A stretch of DNA of 64,000 nt. It comes from Octopus vulgaris (lineage: Eukaryota). A model generated the notes under the pieces. The model was not told the origin of the DNA and made no database searches. It saw only the letters and a program-made list of their open reading frames with translations. Location: assembly GCA_951406725.2 (NCBI GenBank), contig OX597828.1, positions 44,826,001 to 44,890,000 on the forward strand, written 5' to 3'. A program made the translations under genes and the position numbers. Positions 1-12,912 of the stretch are shown here, piece by piece (the stretch's first letter is position 1; the number at the start of each line of letters is the position of its first letter).

Positions 1-168
1 GCTGTATCGGCTTTTACCTTTCCTTTGGATAACATTGGTGGAATGGGGAGGGGGAGCCTGGTATGCATGGATGACTGTTGGTCTTCCATAAAAAAAACAG
101 CCTTACCCAGACTTGTGCCTCGGAGGGTAAATTTCTAGGTGAAATCCCATGGTCATTCCCTTTACCCC
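1..168 (+). mobile_element. 3' part of SINE-D, cut by the window edge
   Basis: gctgtatcggc...ttggataaca..ggtgg...gtatgcatgg..gactg.tggtcttccataaa...ttctaggtg.aatcccatggtcatt matches 16170-16320 of the full copy. Confidence 0.8.
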
Positions 169-849
169 TTCTGACATGCAGATGCATAACTTATCATCAA
201 CATCATCATTGTCATCATTAGCCTCATCGTTATCATTGCTGTCAACATCATCATCATTGACCACATCATCATCATCATCAGCATCATCATTATGATGTCA
301 GCATCTATTTTTCCGTGCTTGCATGGTTTAAAGAGAATTCTTTGAGGCAAATTTTCTATGGCCTCATATCCTTCCTGCCACCAACTGGTTCCTTTTTCCA
401 AGCAAAGTAATATTTCCTTACTCTCTTGTCTTATCTTGTAATGACATTCACCTGGAATGGGTTAAGCAGGCTCCTATTGAGTTGACGGCAGTCCATGAAT
501 ATCAGTTGGCAGCGAATTTTGCAGCATTTTGAAGCCATTTCTGGTTCCAGTGATGAACACCAAAGACTTGAGGGCCAAAAGTTTGCTTCATATCTGCTGT
601 GAATGTTGTGAACCACATCATAAATGCTCAAAATGTGGAGTAGATTAAACAGCCAACCACTGATAAAGGGTCATTCTTTATGTTGCTTGTCTTGTTTTCC
701 ATTTGTTCCTTTCGTTGTTCACAAGAAAGTTCATATTCTATGTTTTTGCATTTCATGTTGTTTACGTTCTATGACGTCCTGTACCTATATATACATGTGT
801 ATATACAAATATATGTAAGTATGTACATATATGCATGTATACATGCATC

Positions 850-1068
850 TGGTGTTGCCAGCCTCCCCTGGCACCTATGCCGGTGGCATGTAAAAAGCAC
901 CCACTACACTCACCGAGTGGTTGGCGTTAGGAAGGGGGCATCAGCTGTAGAAACTCTGCCAGATCAGACTGGAGCTTGGTGCAGCTTTCTGGCTTCCCAA
1001 ACCCTGGTCAAACCGTCCAACCCATGCTAGCATGGAAAACAGACGTTAAACGATGATGATGATGATGA
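850..1068 (+). mobile_element. Family E: RTE-LINE 3'-end-derived short repeat
   Basis: ggtggcatgtaaaaagcacc...ggttggcgttaggaagggggcatc...CCATGCTAGCATGG...acgttaaac(gat)n tail; same motifs end the RTE LINE at 39640-39962. Confidence 0.75.
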
Positions 1069-1393
1069 TATATATATATATATATATATATATGCATGTA
1101 TATGTTTGTGTTTATATATATATGCATATGTTTGTGTGTGTATGTGTGTGTGTGTGTGTATGTGTGTATATATACGTAGAGAGAGAGGGAGAGAGAGAGA
1201 CAGATAGATAGCTAGATAAATGAAATTGTATATAAAATTGTGTATATATGTGTGTGTGTGTTTGTATGTTTACATGTATATGTATATATCTTTATAGGTG
1301 TATCAACGTTTATATATGGTAGTACATATGTATACATAGCTATCTATCTATTTACATACACATACACAACCATATTTATGCACATACATAAAT

Positions 1394-1429
<36 letters not shown>

Positions 1430-1894
1430 ACACACACACACACACACTTACATACTGGAGGTCAGCAGAATACTAAATTCTGGCAACTTTCATGATTTAT
1501 TGAAGAATAATACAATTATCAAAAACCCGTAAACAGATTTAAGTGTATGTGATTTTTTTCATAGCCACGAAGGCAAAGGTCGTTAGTATTTATAAATGCT
1601 GAACGTTCATTAGTAAATTAACGAGCCCAACATTTGACCTCAAGATCATAATTTTCTTTCTATGCCACCACACTAGGTACTTTGTTGTTCTCGTGATTTA
1701 ACCCTTTCATTATATTTAAAATGTCTGCTCCTGCCCTTCTCCATCTGCTTGTATGCTCTCTAAATATATATATATATATATACATACATGCATGTGTATA
1801 CACACACATATGTATGTATATATGCGTGTATATATATTTATATGTATATGTATATATGTATATACATATATACATGCATACATATATATGTTTA

Positions 1895-2290
1895 TACTCT
1901 CTTTTACTTCAATCATTTGACTGCGGCCATGCTGGAGCACCGCCTTTAATCGAGCAACTCAACCCCGGGACTTATTCTTTTGTAAGCCCAGTACTTATTC
2001 TATCGGTCTCTTTTGCCGAACCGCTAGGTAACGGGGACATAAACACACCAGCATCGGTTGTCAAGCAATGCTAGGGGTACAAACACAGACACACAAACAG
2101 ACACACGCATATACATACATATATATGACGGGCTTCTTTCAGTTTCGGTCTACCAAATCCACTCACAAGGCTTTAGTCGGCCCGAGGCTATAGTAGAAAA
2201 CACTTGCCCAAGGTGCCACGCAGTGGGACTGAACCCGGAACCATGTGGTTGGTAAACAAGCTACTTACCACACAGCCACTCCTGCGCCTA
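1895..2290 (-). mobile_element. SINE-A, full length
   Basis: Minus strand: GGCGCAGGAGTGGCTGTGTGG (A box), GGTTCAGTCCC (B box), ccttgggcaagtgt, internal TG/TA microsatellite, 3' end ggcggtgctccagcatggccgcagtcaaatga..gaa.taaaagag; a further 3'-half copy follows at ~2305-2500. Confidence 0.85.
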
Positions 2291-2639
2291 TATATATATT
2301 TCTATGCTCTCTTTACTCTTTAACTTGTTTTAGTCATTTGACTGCGGCCATGCTGGAGCACCGCCTTTTAGTCGAACAAATCGACCCCAGGACTTATTCT
2401 TTGTAAGCCTAGTACTTGTTCTATCGGTCTCTTTTGCTGAACTGCTAAGTTATGGAGACGTTAACACACCAGCATCGGTTGTCAAGCGATGTTGTAGGAC
2501 AAGCAATACATTGCTTGTGCCCCATCCACATGTTTGTTTGTTTTTTTCTTTTTCTTTTTTCTCTGTGTTTGTTTGAATTGTATATATACATATGTATGTG
2601 TGTGTGTGTGTGTATGTAGGTGTATATATGTATGTATGT

Positions 2640-2950
2640 CATCATCATCATTATCATCATCATCATCATCATTTAACATCCGTTGTCCATGCTAGCATGA
2701 GCTGGACGGTTTGCCTGGGCTGGCACGCTGGAAGGCTGCGCCAGGCTCCAGTCTGATTTGGCATGGTTTTCTATGGCTGGATGCCCTTCCTAATGCCAAC
2801 CACTCCAAGAGAGTAATGGGTACTTTTACATTCCACCAACACTTGTACCATTTGCATGACACTGGAATCTGCCATGAATGTGATTTTGCTCGGCTTGAGA
2901 TAATAGCATGACATAATAGCAACGGTCTTGGTCATTACCTCTGTGAAGAC
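2640..2950 (-). mobile_element. Family E copy (long variant)
   Basis: (cat)n tttaacatccg..ccatgctagcatg...ggatgcccttcctaatgccaaccactcc...ccatttgcatgacac; paralog at 46820-47190. Confidence 0.7.
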
Positions 2951-2951
2951 C

Positions 2952-3452
2952 AACACTTGAAAGGAACTCATTCACCTTGCCTCCTTGAGGTGCAACACTT
3001 AACAGGGACTCGGCCACTTTGCTTCTATGAGGCCCAATGCTTGAAAGTAACACAGCCACCTCACCTCCGTGAGACCTGCTCAAAAGGAATTCAGCCACCT
3101 CACCTCTGCGAGGCTTGCTCGAAAGGAACTCAGCCACCTTGCCTCCATGAGGCTTGCTCGAAAGGAACTCAGCCATCTCGCCTCCGTGAGGCCAAATGCT
3201 TGAAAAGAACTCAGCCACCTCACCTCCATGAGGCTTGCTCGAAAGGAACTCAGCCATCTCGCCTCCATGAGGCCCAATGCTCAAAAGGAACTCAGTCACC
3301 TCACCTTCATGAAGCCTAACACTTGAAAGGGACACAACCGCTTCACCTCTGTGAGGCTTGCTCGAAAGGAACTCAGCCACCTCACCTCCATGAAGCCCAA
3401 CGCTTGAAAGGAACTCAGCCACTTTGCCTCTGTCCAGCCCAACACTTGAAAG
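2952..3452. repeat. Minisatellite of mainly 39/42-bp units (~12 copies)
   Basis: Units aaaggaactcagccacctcacctccatgaggcttgctcg (39) and ...gaggcccaatgcttg (42). Confidence 0.9.
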
Positions 3453-3728
3453 GGATTATTTGAGTGTTTATCTACCAAATCCACTCACAAGGCTTTATCA
3501 CCTCAAGCTATAGTAAAAGACAAATGCCAAGGTGCCATGCAGTGGGACTGAACTCCAAACAATGTAATTTGTGAATAACGCTTCTGAGCTGCGGAGCTAT
3601 GCATACATACTTACATTTATATATATATATATATATGCATCCATCTATCTATCTGTCTGTCTGTGTATGCATCTGTCTGTCTAGCTAGCTATGTATCTCT
3701 CTTTCTGTCTATCTATCTATGTATCTCC

Positions 3729-3764
<36 letters not shown>

Positions 3765-3874
3765 CCATATATATATATATATATATGTATCTCTCTCTCT
3801 CTCCATATATATATACAGAGAGAAAAAGAAGGACAAAGAGAGAAAGAGAGAGAGAGTAAATAGTGGGTAGATCA

Positions 3875-3911
<37 letters not shown>

Positions 3912-4140
3912 CCTGTATAGAGCCATGCATAAACAAATCAATTATTCAAACTAGGTGTATTATCCTATCACACTTTTACGTTAACTCTCACCTGGATGTG
4001 TTCAAAACCCCACCCCCACGTCCCACTACCCACCCCAAACCCCCAACACCCTCCGCTCTACGTCAGCTTCACAAAGTTGGAGACAGAAAAATGATGGATT
4101 ACAAATTAAGCTGTTCTAAATTCATCAAAGAGATATTTGT

Positions 4141-4188
<48 letters not shown>

Positions 4189-4826
4189 CATGTGAGTGTA
4201 TGTGTGTATGTATGTGTGTATGTATGTGTGTGTGTATGCATGTGTGTTTGTATGGTGTGTTCTGTGTGTATGAGCCAGTATTTGTATCAGATGGAGCTAA
4301 TGCATGTATGTGTGCATTTAGTGTTTGCATGGATGCATATGCATGTGTGTGTGTGTATGCATGAATGAATATATATGTGTGTGTATGTGTGTGTATGTGT
4401 GTGAATATGTGTGTTATTTTGAGAAGTGTTAAATTTCATAATAAGATCTTCAGGGAATACAGTTGGTGAAAATGTATGTGTTTGTGTGTGTATGTTTGTG
4501 TATGTTGTTTGTGTGCGCATGCGTATGTGTGTGTGCGAGTGTGTTTGTATGTGCGTGTGTGTGTAAGTATGTGTATGTATCTACCAGTGATTGTGAATAG
4601 GTGTGTACTTGTGGGGGTGGTCTACGTGTGTGTGTGTGTGTGTGTGCACATTAATACATTATCATCACAATCGTGATTATCATTGCAAACACCACCACAA
4701 CCACCACAAATGCTACCATTACTACTACAACCCTAACATCTCCACTACCACTCCCACTTTGACATCTCTCCCGTCATCGTCATCATCACCATCACCGCCA
4801 CCACCACCACCACCACCACCACCACC

Positions 4827-4873
<47 letters not shown>

Positions 4874-5221
4874 TCCCAACATCATGAACATCATCGTCGT
4901 CACCTCATCATCATTGTTGTTGTTGTTGTTGTCATCATCGTCATCATCGTCATCATCATCATGGTCATTGTCGTCAACATCATCCTTGTTGTTGTCATCA
5001 TCCTCATCGTCATTATCATCATCAGTGTCAACGTTATCATCATCACCATTACGAACACAACCAGCTTTATGATTATTATTACTAATCATCAGTTTTGCAT
5101 ATACATTTTGATTTGTAATAACATACATGTACATACACACAGACACACACACATCTATACAGTACAACCACATGTATGCACAAATATGCATACACACATA
5201 TCATATATATACATAATATGT

Positions 5222-5497
5222 CTGCCAGCCTTGTCTGGCACCTGTGTCGGTGGCACATAAAAACACCATCCGAGCGTGGCCGTTCGCCAGCCTCGTCTGG
5301 CACCTGTGTCGGTGGCACATAAAATCACCCACTACACTCTCGGAGTGGTTGGCGTTAGGAAGGGCATCCAGCTGTAGAAACACTGCCAGATCTGACTGGC
5401 CTGGTGCAGCCTTCGGGCTCCCCAGACACCAGTTGAACCGTCCAACCCATGCTAGCATGGAGAGCGGACGTTAAATGATAATGATGATGATGATGAT
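5222..5497 (+). mobile_element. Family E copy with tandem ~60-bp internal units
   Basis: Repeated gccagcct.gtctggcacctgtgtcggtggcacataaaa; ggttggcgttaggaagggcatcc; CCATGCTAGCATGG; (gat)n tail. Confidence 0.75.
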
Positions 5498-5507
5498 GTG
5501 TGTGGGT

Positions 5508-5910
5508 ATGCAGGAGTGGCTGTGTGGTAAGTAGCTTGCCTACCAACCACATGGTCCTGGGTTCAGTCCCACTGCGTGGCATTTTGGGCAAGTGTCTTCT
5601 GCTATAGCCTCGAGCCGACCAATGCCTTGTGAGTGGATTTGGTAGATGGAAAGTCTGTCATATATATGTATATATATATATGTGTATGTGTGTGTATATG
5701 TTTGTGTGTCTGTATTTGTCCCCCTAGCATTGCTTGACAACCGATGCTGGTGTGTTTACGTCCCCGTCACTTAGTGGTTCGGCAAAAAGAACCGATAGAA
5801 TAAGTACTGGGCTTACAAAATATAAGTCCCGGGGTCGATTTGCTCGACTAAAGGCGGTGCTCCAGCATGGTCGCAGTCAAATGACTGAAACAAGTAAAAG
5901 AGTAAAAGAG
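5508..5910 (+). mobile_element. SINE-A, full length
   Basis: gcaggagtggctgtgtggtaag...ggttcagtccc...gtcaaatgactgaaacaagtaaaagagtaaaagag. Confidence 0.85.
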
Positions 5911-7329
5911 AATATATATACTAGCAGAGATACCTGGCATTGCTTGTGTTACATGCAATTGAAGAATTAGACTTTTCTGTTATATTTTTTGTAATGAACT
6001 GGAATACCTATGTTTCGAATTTCGTCAAAATTGCAGATGAGGGTTATTTCCCTCTTTACACACCCAAACAAAATTGTAATCGTGCTACATGTATCCCATA
6101 CTACTGATTTTTATGCGCATATTCCAAAATTCCAGTCTTATTGAACCTGTTAAAAGGATTTTGCTCCTGAAAAATGATGGTCATGGAGCTCTAAAAGGTG
6201 AGAATTCAGGCCCCTGTTGGGGGTGGGTGTCTTAATGTCAACCAGAGAAGTTGAATTTTTAACTTGGGTCTTATATCTATTGTTTGAATTTCTTTGAAAT
6301 AGGAAATATATGTTCACTGGGTTTGTAAAAGAGAGCAAAGCTACAGGAAACCAAAAGATGAATGATCACAATAAGCAGTCAGCTACCCTACCCTAGTCAT
6401 TACCACTCCCAATGTAAGATTTCTCCCCATCCAGGTGACAGGCACAGCTGTAAGATGCATTACGAATCTATAGCAATTGGAAGGGCATGATACAACTGAA
6501 ATAAACATTAACAACGGTGTGACATGAGGGTTAAGGAGAAATGAAAGTGTCACATCTGGAGTTTGCAAACGACCACTATACTGATACATAACTGGACAGA
6601 ATAAATTTGCAATCTATAAACGTCTTTGAATAACCATTCACTCATCTGGGAAGGCCTTGAAATCAATGTTACCATCTGGGGACTATGTGTGACCTAGTGA
6701 TAATAAAAAGAGTGAAAGGAGGTCTGCAATCAAATAACTTTACTCAACACTTTGCAGCTGAATCAGTGGAGGCAAAGATGCCTCTCATTTACTTGACAAT
6801 TTATGCACCACATTGCAGAAATCCCAATATAAGTGTATGTCAAAGCAAACTCTTACACTGTTGTACCATTGAATTACAAATAATGCTCATCTTTTATGCT
6901 CGGGTAACCCTACAGCTTCCAAGAGCACAACTGTATTCGTTTTTGCTTAGATACAATGACAAAATTGTGGGTGTTAAGTCCCCATGGAGGGATCTTTCTA
7001 ACATGTAAAAAGATGAAATTTTATAAAAATTACTTCATTTGTGTCTAATATCTATGGTTAAAATTTCATGAACAGGAAAAATCGATGAATTGTCATGGGG
7101 GTTCTGACAATACTGTAATGACGAGGTCGATTTTTAGTAGTTACCCCCCACCAAAAAAAAAAAAGAAAACACATACCGGAAGTTTCTCATCAGATGGCCA
7201 AAATTTCTTGATGAGAAACTGTTTTTCTTTGTTGTAATGTAAATTTTCATTATATCTTTCTTCTATTGATGTATTCCTGCAAGTAGGAAGAAAAGACAAA
7301 GGTCAGCATACATACATACATAAATATAT

Positions 7330-7737
7330 GCTCTTTTACTCTTTTACTTGTTTCAGTCATTTGACTGCGGCCATGCTGTAGCACCACCTTTAGTCGAGCA
7401 AATCGTCCCCGGGTCTTATTCTTTGTAAGCCCAGTACTTATTCTATTGGTCTCTTTTGCCGAACCGCTGAGTTACGGGGACATAAACACACCAGCATCGG
7501 ATGTCAAGCAATGCTAGGGGGACAAACACAGACACACAAACACACACATACATATATATATATACATATATACGACAGGCTTCTTTCAGTTTCTGTCTAC
7601 CAAATCCACTCACAAGGCTTTGGTCGGCCCGGTGCTATAGTAGAAGACACTTGCCCAAGATGCCACGCAGTGGGACTGAACCCGGAACCATGTGGCTGGT
7701 AAGCAAGCTACTTACCACACAGCCACTCCTGCGCCTA
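7330..7737 (-). mobile_element. SINE-A, full length
   Basis: Same consensus, ends cactcctgcgccta. Confidence 0.85.
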
Positions 7738-7861
7738 ATTAAAGATATATATCCTTTTTTTGTTTGTTTTGTTTTTGTTGCCTTTTTCTGCTTTGCAAAC
7801 TGAGTAAATAAATAAATTAATTAATGAAAAATAAAAATCAAAACAAACAAAATATACTCAC

Positions 7862-8028
7862 GAGTGATTGTTTGAGATATGAATCTGAGAATGAAAGACG
7901 CATGTCTTGTTTGAATTCCTTGTATTATTTGTATCGTCCGCTATGTCTTTACAGTTCAGTTTTGGTGAGATTTCCAATTTGGTAAGTTTTACGCAAATAT
8001 TTCTGGCTGCAGTAAACTTGTCGGACAC
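7862..8028 (-). CDS. Candidate internal coding exon (167 nt) of an unidentified host gene
   Basis: Minus strand: polypyrimidine acceptor cttttttcacttccattttcctattccacAG|GTG and donor TC|GTGAGT; only one of three frames open (VSDKFTAARNICVKLTKLEISPKLNCKDIADDTNNTRNSNKTCVFHSQIHISNNH); unique sequence between repeats. Product not recognised. Confidence 0.6.
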
Positions 8029-8109
8029 CTGTGGAATAGGAAAATGGAAGTGAAAAAAAGAGGTGTTTGTCATGGTTGGATTTATGTTCTTCCTCGGCTA
8101 GCTACATGT

Positions 8110-8502
8110 TCGTGTTATCATTGTCACCATTGTTGTCATTGTCATCGTCATCAACATCATCATCGTTATTGTTATCATTGTCAGCATCATTGCCACCACC
8201 ACCACCACCACCATCATCATCATTAACACCACTACCATCTTCATCATCATCATCCTGATTGTCATCATCATCATCACTACCATCATTTCCATCAGTATCA
8301 TTACCATCATCACCATCACCAACATCACCACCACCATTACCACTACCACCACCACCATCACCATCATCATGACCATCATCATCATCTTGATCATCATCAT
8401 CATCATCATCATCACCATCCTCATCATCATTATCATCATTGCCACCATGAATATCATCACCATTGACACTACTACCACCAGTGACACCACCACCACCACC
8501 AA
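8110..8502. repeat. Compound (ATC)n/(ACC)n microsatellite
   Basis: Degenerate trinucleotide runs. Confidence 0.9.
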
Positions 8503-8519
8503 AGCTCCACATATATTTT

Positions 8520-8905
8520 TAAAATATATATATGTATATTTATATATAAAGGGATCTAAAGAATTACATTTAATTTAATTTAAGAATTTATTTAATCAGA
8601 CAATATATTATTTAATTACTAGGCAGATTATTTATTTGTAATATTAAATTTTAAGTTAATTTGGTATTATATTATTTGATATTTAGTCAACTTTGTAATA
8701 GATTGTTATATTAAATCTATAGATACTACACATGTATATTTATTATATGGTTAGCTTATTTAAGGAGTTTGTCTATATTTGAACCATTTTTTATTTTGAT
8801 TACAATTTAATGACTTGTAATAGCTTTGTGGATTTAATTTAATTTTAAAGTATTTAATAATTTAAGTATTGTTTTAGTTTTCACTTATGTATATTTAGTA
8901 TTTTC

Positions 8906-8951
<46 letters not shown>

Positions 8952-9350
8952 GTATATTTATTAATTAATTATTTTATTGTTCTAGTTTATTCTTAACCTG
9001 ATGAGTGACTATATTTATATCGAAGTGATTTCTCTACTACTATAATCATTTCTTAAATATAGCAAAGAAACACGTGTCATTATTCTATAAATTATATACG
9101 TTATTATTATTATTTTTTTGCAATTTACTTAATCATTGACATTTTATTGTTATTTTAATGTTAATATTTCTATTATATATAATTTTCTAGATGGTGTAAT
9201 TTAATTGTTCATTTTGAATTGATAAAAGGTGTTTTTTTTTCTAATTTTTTATATATATATTATATTGTGTGAAATTTGATTTAGTATTTCTAAATTGAAT
9301 TTTTTTCCTTGTAAGTTTTGGGTTTTATTCCCTCAAATAATAATAATTAT
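8520..9350 (+). mobile_element. Very AT-rich, (TA)n-flanked Penelope-like terminal region carrying a hammerhead motif
   Basis: HHR at 8994-9082; 3' end ttttttccttgtaagttttgggttttattccctcaaataa resembles 61945-61990 (tttttccctgtaaatttggatttattccctaatattt). Confidence 0.5.
8994..9082 (+). ncRNA. Type I hammerhead motif with long stem II (partly decayed)
   Basis: CTGATGA 8998-9004; stem II ctatattta/taaatatag plus gaagtgatt/aatcatttc; GAAA 9067-9070; palindrome CACGTG; TC cleavage site 9077-9078; stem I weak (taac/atta). Confidence 0.6.
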
Positions 9351-9470
9351 ATATATATATATATATATATACAACGGGAAGCTTTATGAAAATAAACAAA
9401 AGACGAAGGCAGGTGGAATACAAACAAACAATTGTATTAGTATGGTGCTCAGGAATATAAATAAAACAAG

Positions 9471-9508
9471 TCTTTTACGTTTCAAGCCTACGCTCTTCAA
9501 CAGAAAGA
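9471..9508 (-). ncRNA. Minimal type I hammerhead-like motif inside a (TA)n-flanked ~215-bp element (9371-9585)
   Basis: Minus: TCTTT-CTGTTGA-A-GAGC gtag GCTT-GAAA-CG-TA-AAAGA; perfect 5-bp stem I; core has CUGUUGA rather than CUGAUGA. Confidence 0.5.
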
Positions 9509-9847
9509 TATACAGAAAAGAAACACGGAGAGAAACAAGGGGAGAAAAAAAAATGCGTGCAGAAGCTAGCGAATCAACATGGCGATATATATATATATAT
9601 ATATATACAGCAGTCTTCTTTCAGTTTCCATTTACGAAATCCACTCACAAGGCTTTGGCTGGCCTGAGACTATAGTAGAAGAGGCATGCCCAAGATGCCA
9701 CACAGTGGGACTGAACCCGGAACCGTGTGGTTGGTAAGTAAGCTACTTACCACACAGCCACTCCAGCAGCCTATACATACATACATATATATATATACAC
9801 ATTTATATATATATATGTATATATACATTTATATATATATGTATATA

Positions 9848-9888
<41 letters not shown>

Positions 9889-10275
9889 ACATACATACTC
9901 ATTTACATATAGACACTTTAACAACACATCTTTAGAAATATAGTATTGGTGCATATCTTCTCCCGCAATCACATACACTCACACACGCATGCATGTGCAC
10001 AGGCACACGCAAACATACCTTCTCACACATATAAACACACTGATACACACACACACGCCCCCTCACTCTCCCTCGCTCTCTCTCTCTCTCTCTATCTCTC
10101 CTTCAAGTGCTCACCTAGAACTTGCCAATCAACCAACAGGTTACGTAACATCCGTATCAGCTGTGTTAAAATAATTCCAGTCACCTAGTCACCTTCCAGA
10201 ATCCATTGATTTATCCTTCGTTACCTCCCACATCCAACACAAACACTTTCCTGTCATCTTCTTCGTCACTATCTT

Positions 10276-10315
<40 letters not shown>

Positions 10316-10432
10316 ATTATAACTCTCAATCTCTTTGTCTACTTCTTTTTCATACCTGACAGGGAAAAAATGTGTTCTTCAATCTACATGCTCTGTTCTT
10401 GCATTCTTCTGATCTTGTAATCAGTACACCTA

Positions 10433-10725
<293 letters not shown>

Positions 10726-10737
10726 TGTGCATATATG

Positions 10738-10956
10738 TGAGGGAGTGTTGAAAAGTTCCTGGCTTTAAGGGTATCGCGAAAGGTCTGGCAAGGGGCCCAA
10801 TCTTCCGAGTACTTTTACAAGGCTTAGAAAACTTGAAGGACTTCTGCAATAAGTGTGCGAATCAGAGAAAGGGGATATTTTGAATAAAACCATAATTAAC
10901 TGATCCCCCGGTATTTTCTTTTTACCCAAAGCTAGGAACTTTTCAGCACCCCCTCA
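10738..10956 (+). mobile_element. Mariner-derived MITE (219 bp)
   Basis: TIRs tgagggagtgttgaaaagttcctggcttt / aaagctaggaacttttcagcaccccctca, followed by TA; interior encodes a decayed mariner C-terminus (GLENLKDFCNKCANQR); second copy at 34841-34991. Confidence 0.8.
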
Positions 10957-11187
10957 TACACACACACACACACACACATACACAAACACATACACACGCA
11001 TAAACACACACACAAACACATATACACACACAGACAAACTCACATATATGAGTGTGTAAATGTATATGTATATATGTATGTATGCATGCATACATACATA
11101 CATACATATACATTTACACACTCATATACATACATACATACATATGCACACATACATATATGCATGTGCGACATTGTTGTTGTCGGT

Positions 11188-11209
11188 ATCATCACCATCA
11201 TCATCATCC

Positions 11210-11246
<37 letters not shown>

Positions 11247-11588
11247 CATCATCATAAATAACATCATTGTCATAATCAATATCATCATTGTCGTCATCAT
11301 CATTGTCATCATCATCAGCATCATCACCATAAATAGCATCATTGTCATCATCATAATCATCAACCTCATCATAAATAACATCATTTTCATCATTCTCATC
11401 ATCATAATCATCATCATCATCATAAATAGCATCATTGTCATCATTGTCGTCATCATCATCATCAACCTCATCATCGTCATCAACATCATCATAATCATAA
11501 ATAGCATCACCACCATCATCATCATCATCATCATCATAAATAACATCGTCATCACCATCATCATAATCATAAATAGTATTATTGTCAT

Positions 11589-11621
<33 letters not shown>

Positions 11622-11750
11622 AAATAACATCGTCATCACCATCATCATAATCATAAATAGTATTATTGTCATAATCATCATCATCATCATCATCATCATC
11701 ATAAATAACATCCTCCTCCTCCTGTTCTTCTTCCTTCACATCATCATCAT
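11188..11750. repeat. Compound (ATC)n repeat with ~81-84-bp higher-order duplication
   Basis: aaataacatc recurs at 11538, 11622 and 11703 with near-identical intervening blocks. Confidence 0.85.
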
Positions 11751-12187
11751 GTAAGGCTCGTTTTCCATGCTGGCAAGCCAGGGAACTGCACCAGGCTCCA
11801 GTCTCTGCTTTGGCATCGTTTCTACAGCTGAACGCCCTTCCAACGCTGACCACTTTGCTGAGTGTACTGGGTAGTCTTTTTTTACATGTCACCATCACTG
11901 AGAATTTTTGCATGGTTGTCTTCATTGTCAATGGCATCGCTGACTTTCCATCCATGACTTCTCAGATGACTTGTACATCTACAAGGTTTGAAGCTTAGGT
12001 TACAAATGAAAGTTGTACCTTACTATGCACTTCCAAGTGATTTCGTCTTAAGACCTTCAAGGCGGTGCCCCAGCATGGCCACAGTCAAATGACTGAAACA
12101 AGTAAACAATTATAGATAAGTGATATGTGAGCATATTTCTTATCTAGAGTGAAGATTTTATTCAGCACATTTTGGCTGCAACTTTGA

Positions 12188-12912
12188 ACAGTCAACAGTC
12201 AACAATCAACAGTTAATAGTCAACAGCCAGCAGTCAGCAGCCAACAATCAACAGTCAACAATTAACAGTTAATAGTCAACAGTTAACAATCAATAATCAA
12301 TAATCAATAGTCAACAGTCAACAATCAATAGTCAACAGTCAGCAGTCAGCAGTCAGCAGTCAACAGTCAACAGTCAACAGTCAACAATCAACAGTCAATA
12401 CTCAACAGTCAGCAGTCAACAGTGAACAATCAACAGTCAACAATCAATAATTAATAGTCATCAGTCAACAATCAACAGTCAATAGTCAACAGTCAACAGT
12501 CAACAATCAATAATCAATAGTCAATAGTCAACAGTCAACAGTCAACAATCAATACTCATTAGTCAACAGTCAACAGTCAACAGTCAACAGTCAATAGTCA
12601 ACAATCAACAGTAAACAATCAATAATTAATAGTCAGCACTCAACAATCAACAGTCAATAGTCAACAACCAACAGTAAACAATCAATAATCAATAGTCAAC
12701 AGTCAACAATCAACAGTCAATAGTCAATAATCAACAGTAAACAATCAATAATCAATAGTCAACAGTCAACAATCAACAGTCAATAGTCAATAATCAACAG
12801 TAAACAATCAATAGTCAACAGTAAACAATCAACCTTCAATAGTGAACAGCCAACAATCAACAATCAATAGTCAACAGTAAACAATAAGCCTTCAATAGTC
12901 AACAGACAACAG
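12188..12912. repeat. 7-bp tandem satellite (CAACAGT/CAACAAT/CAATAGT), ~100 units
   Basis: Continuous 7-mer periodicity; variant caacagtaaac recurs every 63 bp (12606, 12669, 12732, 12795). Confidence 0.9.

Noticed and set aside
430-630. Possible decayed RT fragment on the minus strand (YDVVH...PFQVN)
   Set aside because: Too degenerate to call
2826-3422. 198-aa repeat ORF (GGEVAEFLSS)n; also considered as a CRISPR-like array
   Set aside because: Minisatellite inside a retro-repeat; no unique spacers, no cas genes, eukaryotic context
5920-7260. Helitron/HINE-like termini (actagcagagatacctggcattgc; hairpin 7181-7220; similar gtctgtctgt start near 25520)
   Set aside because: Only vague motif resemblance; no matching ends or Rep/helicase motifs recognised
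11040-11955. Asp-rich 277-aa and Met/Ile-rich ORFs
   Set aside because: Translations of a compound (ATC)n microsatellite joined to a family E repeat
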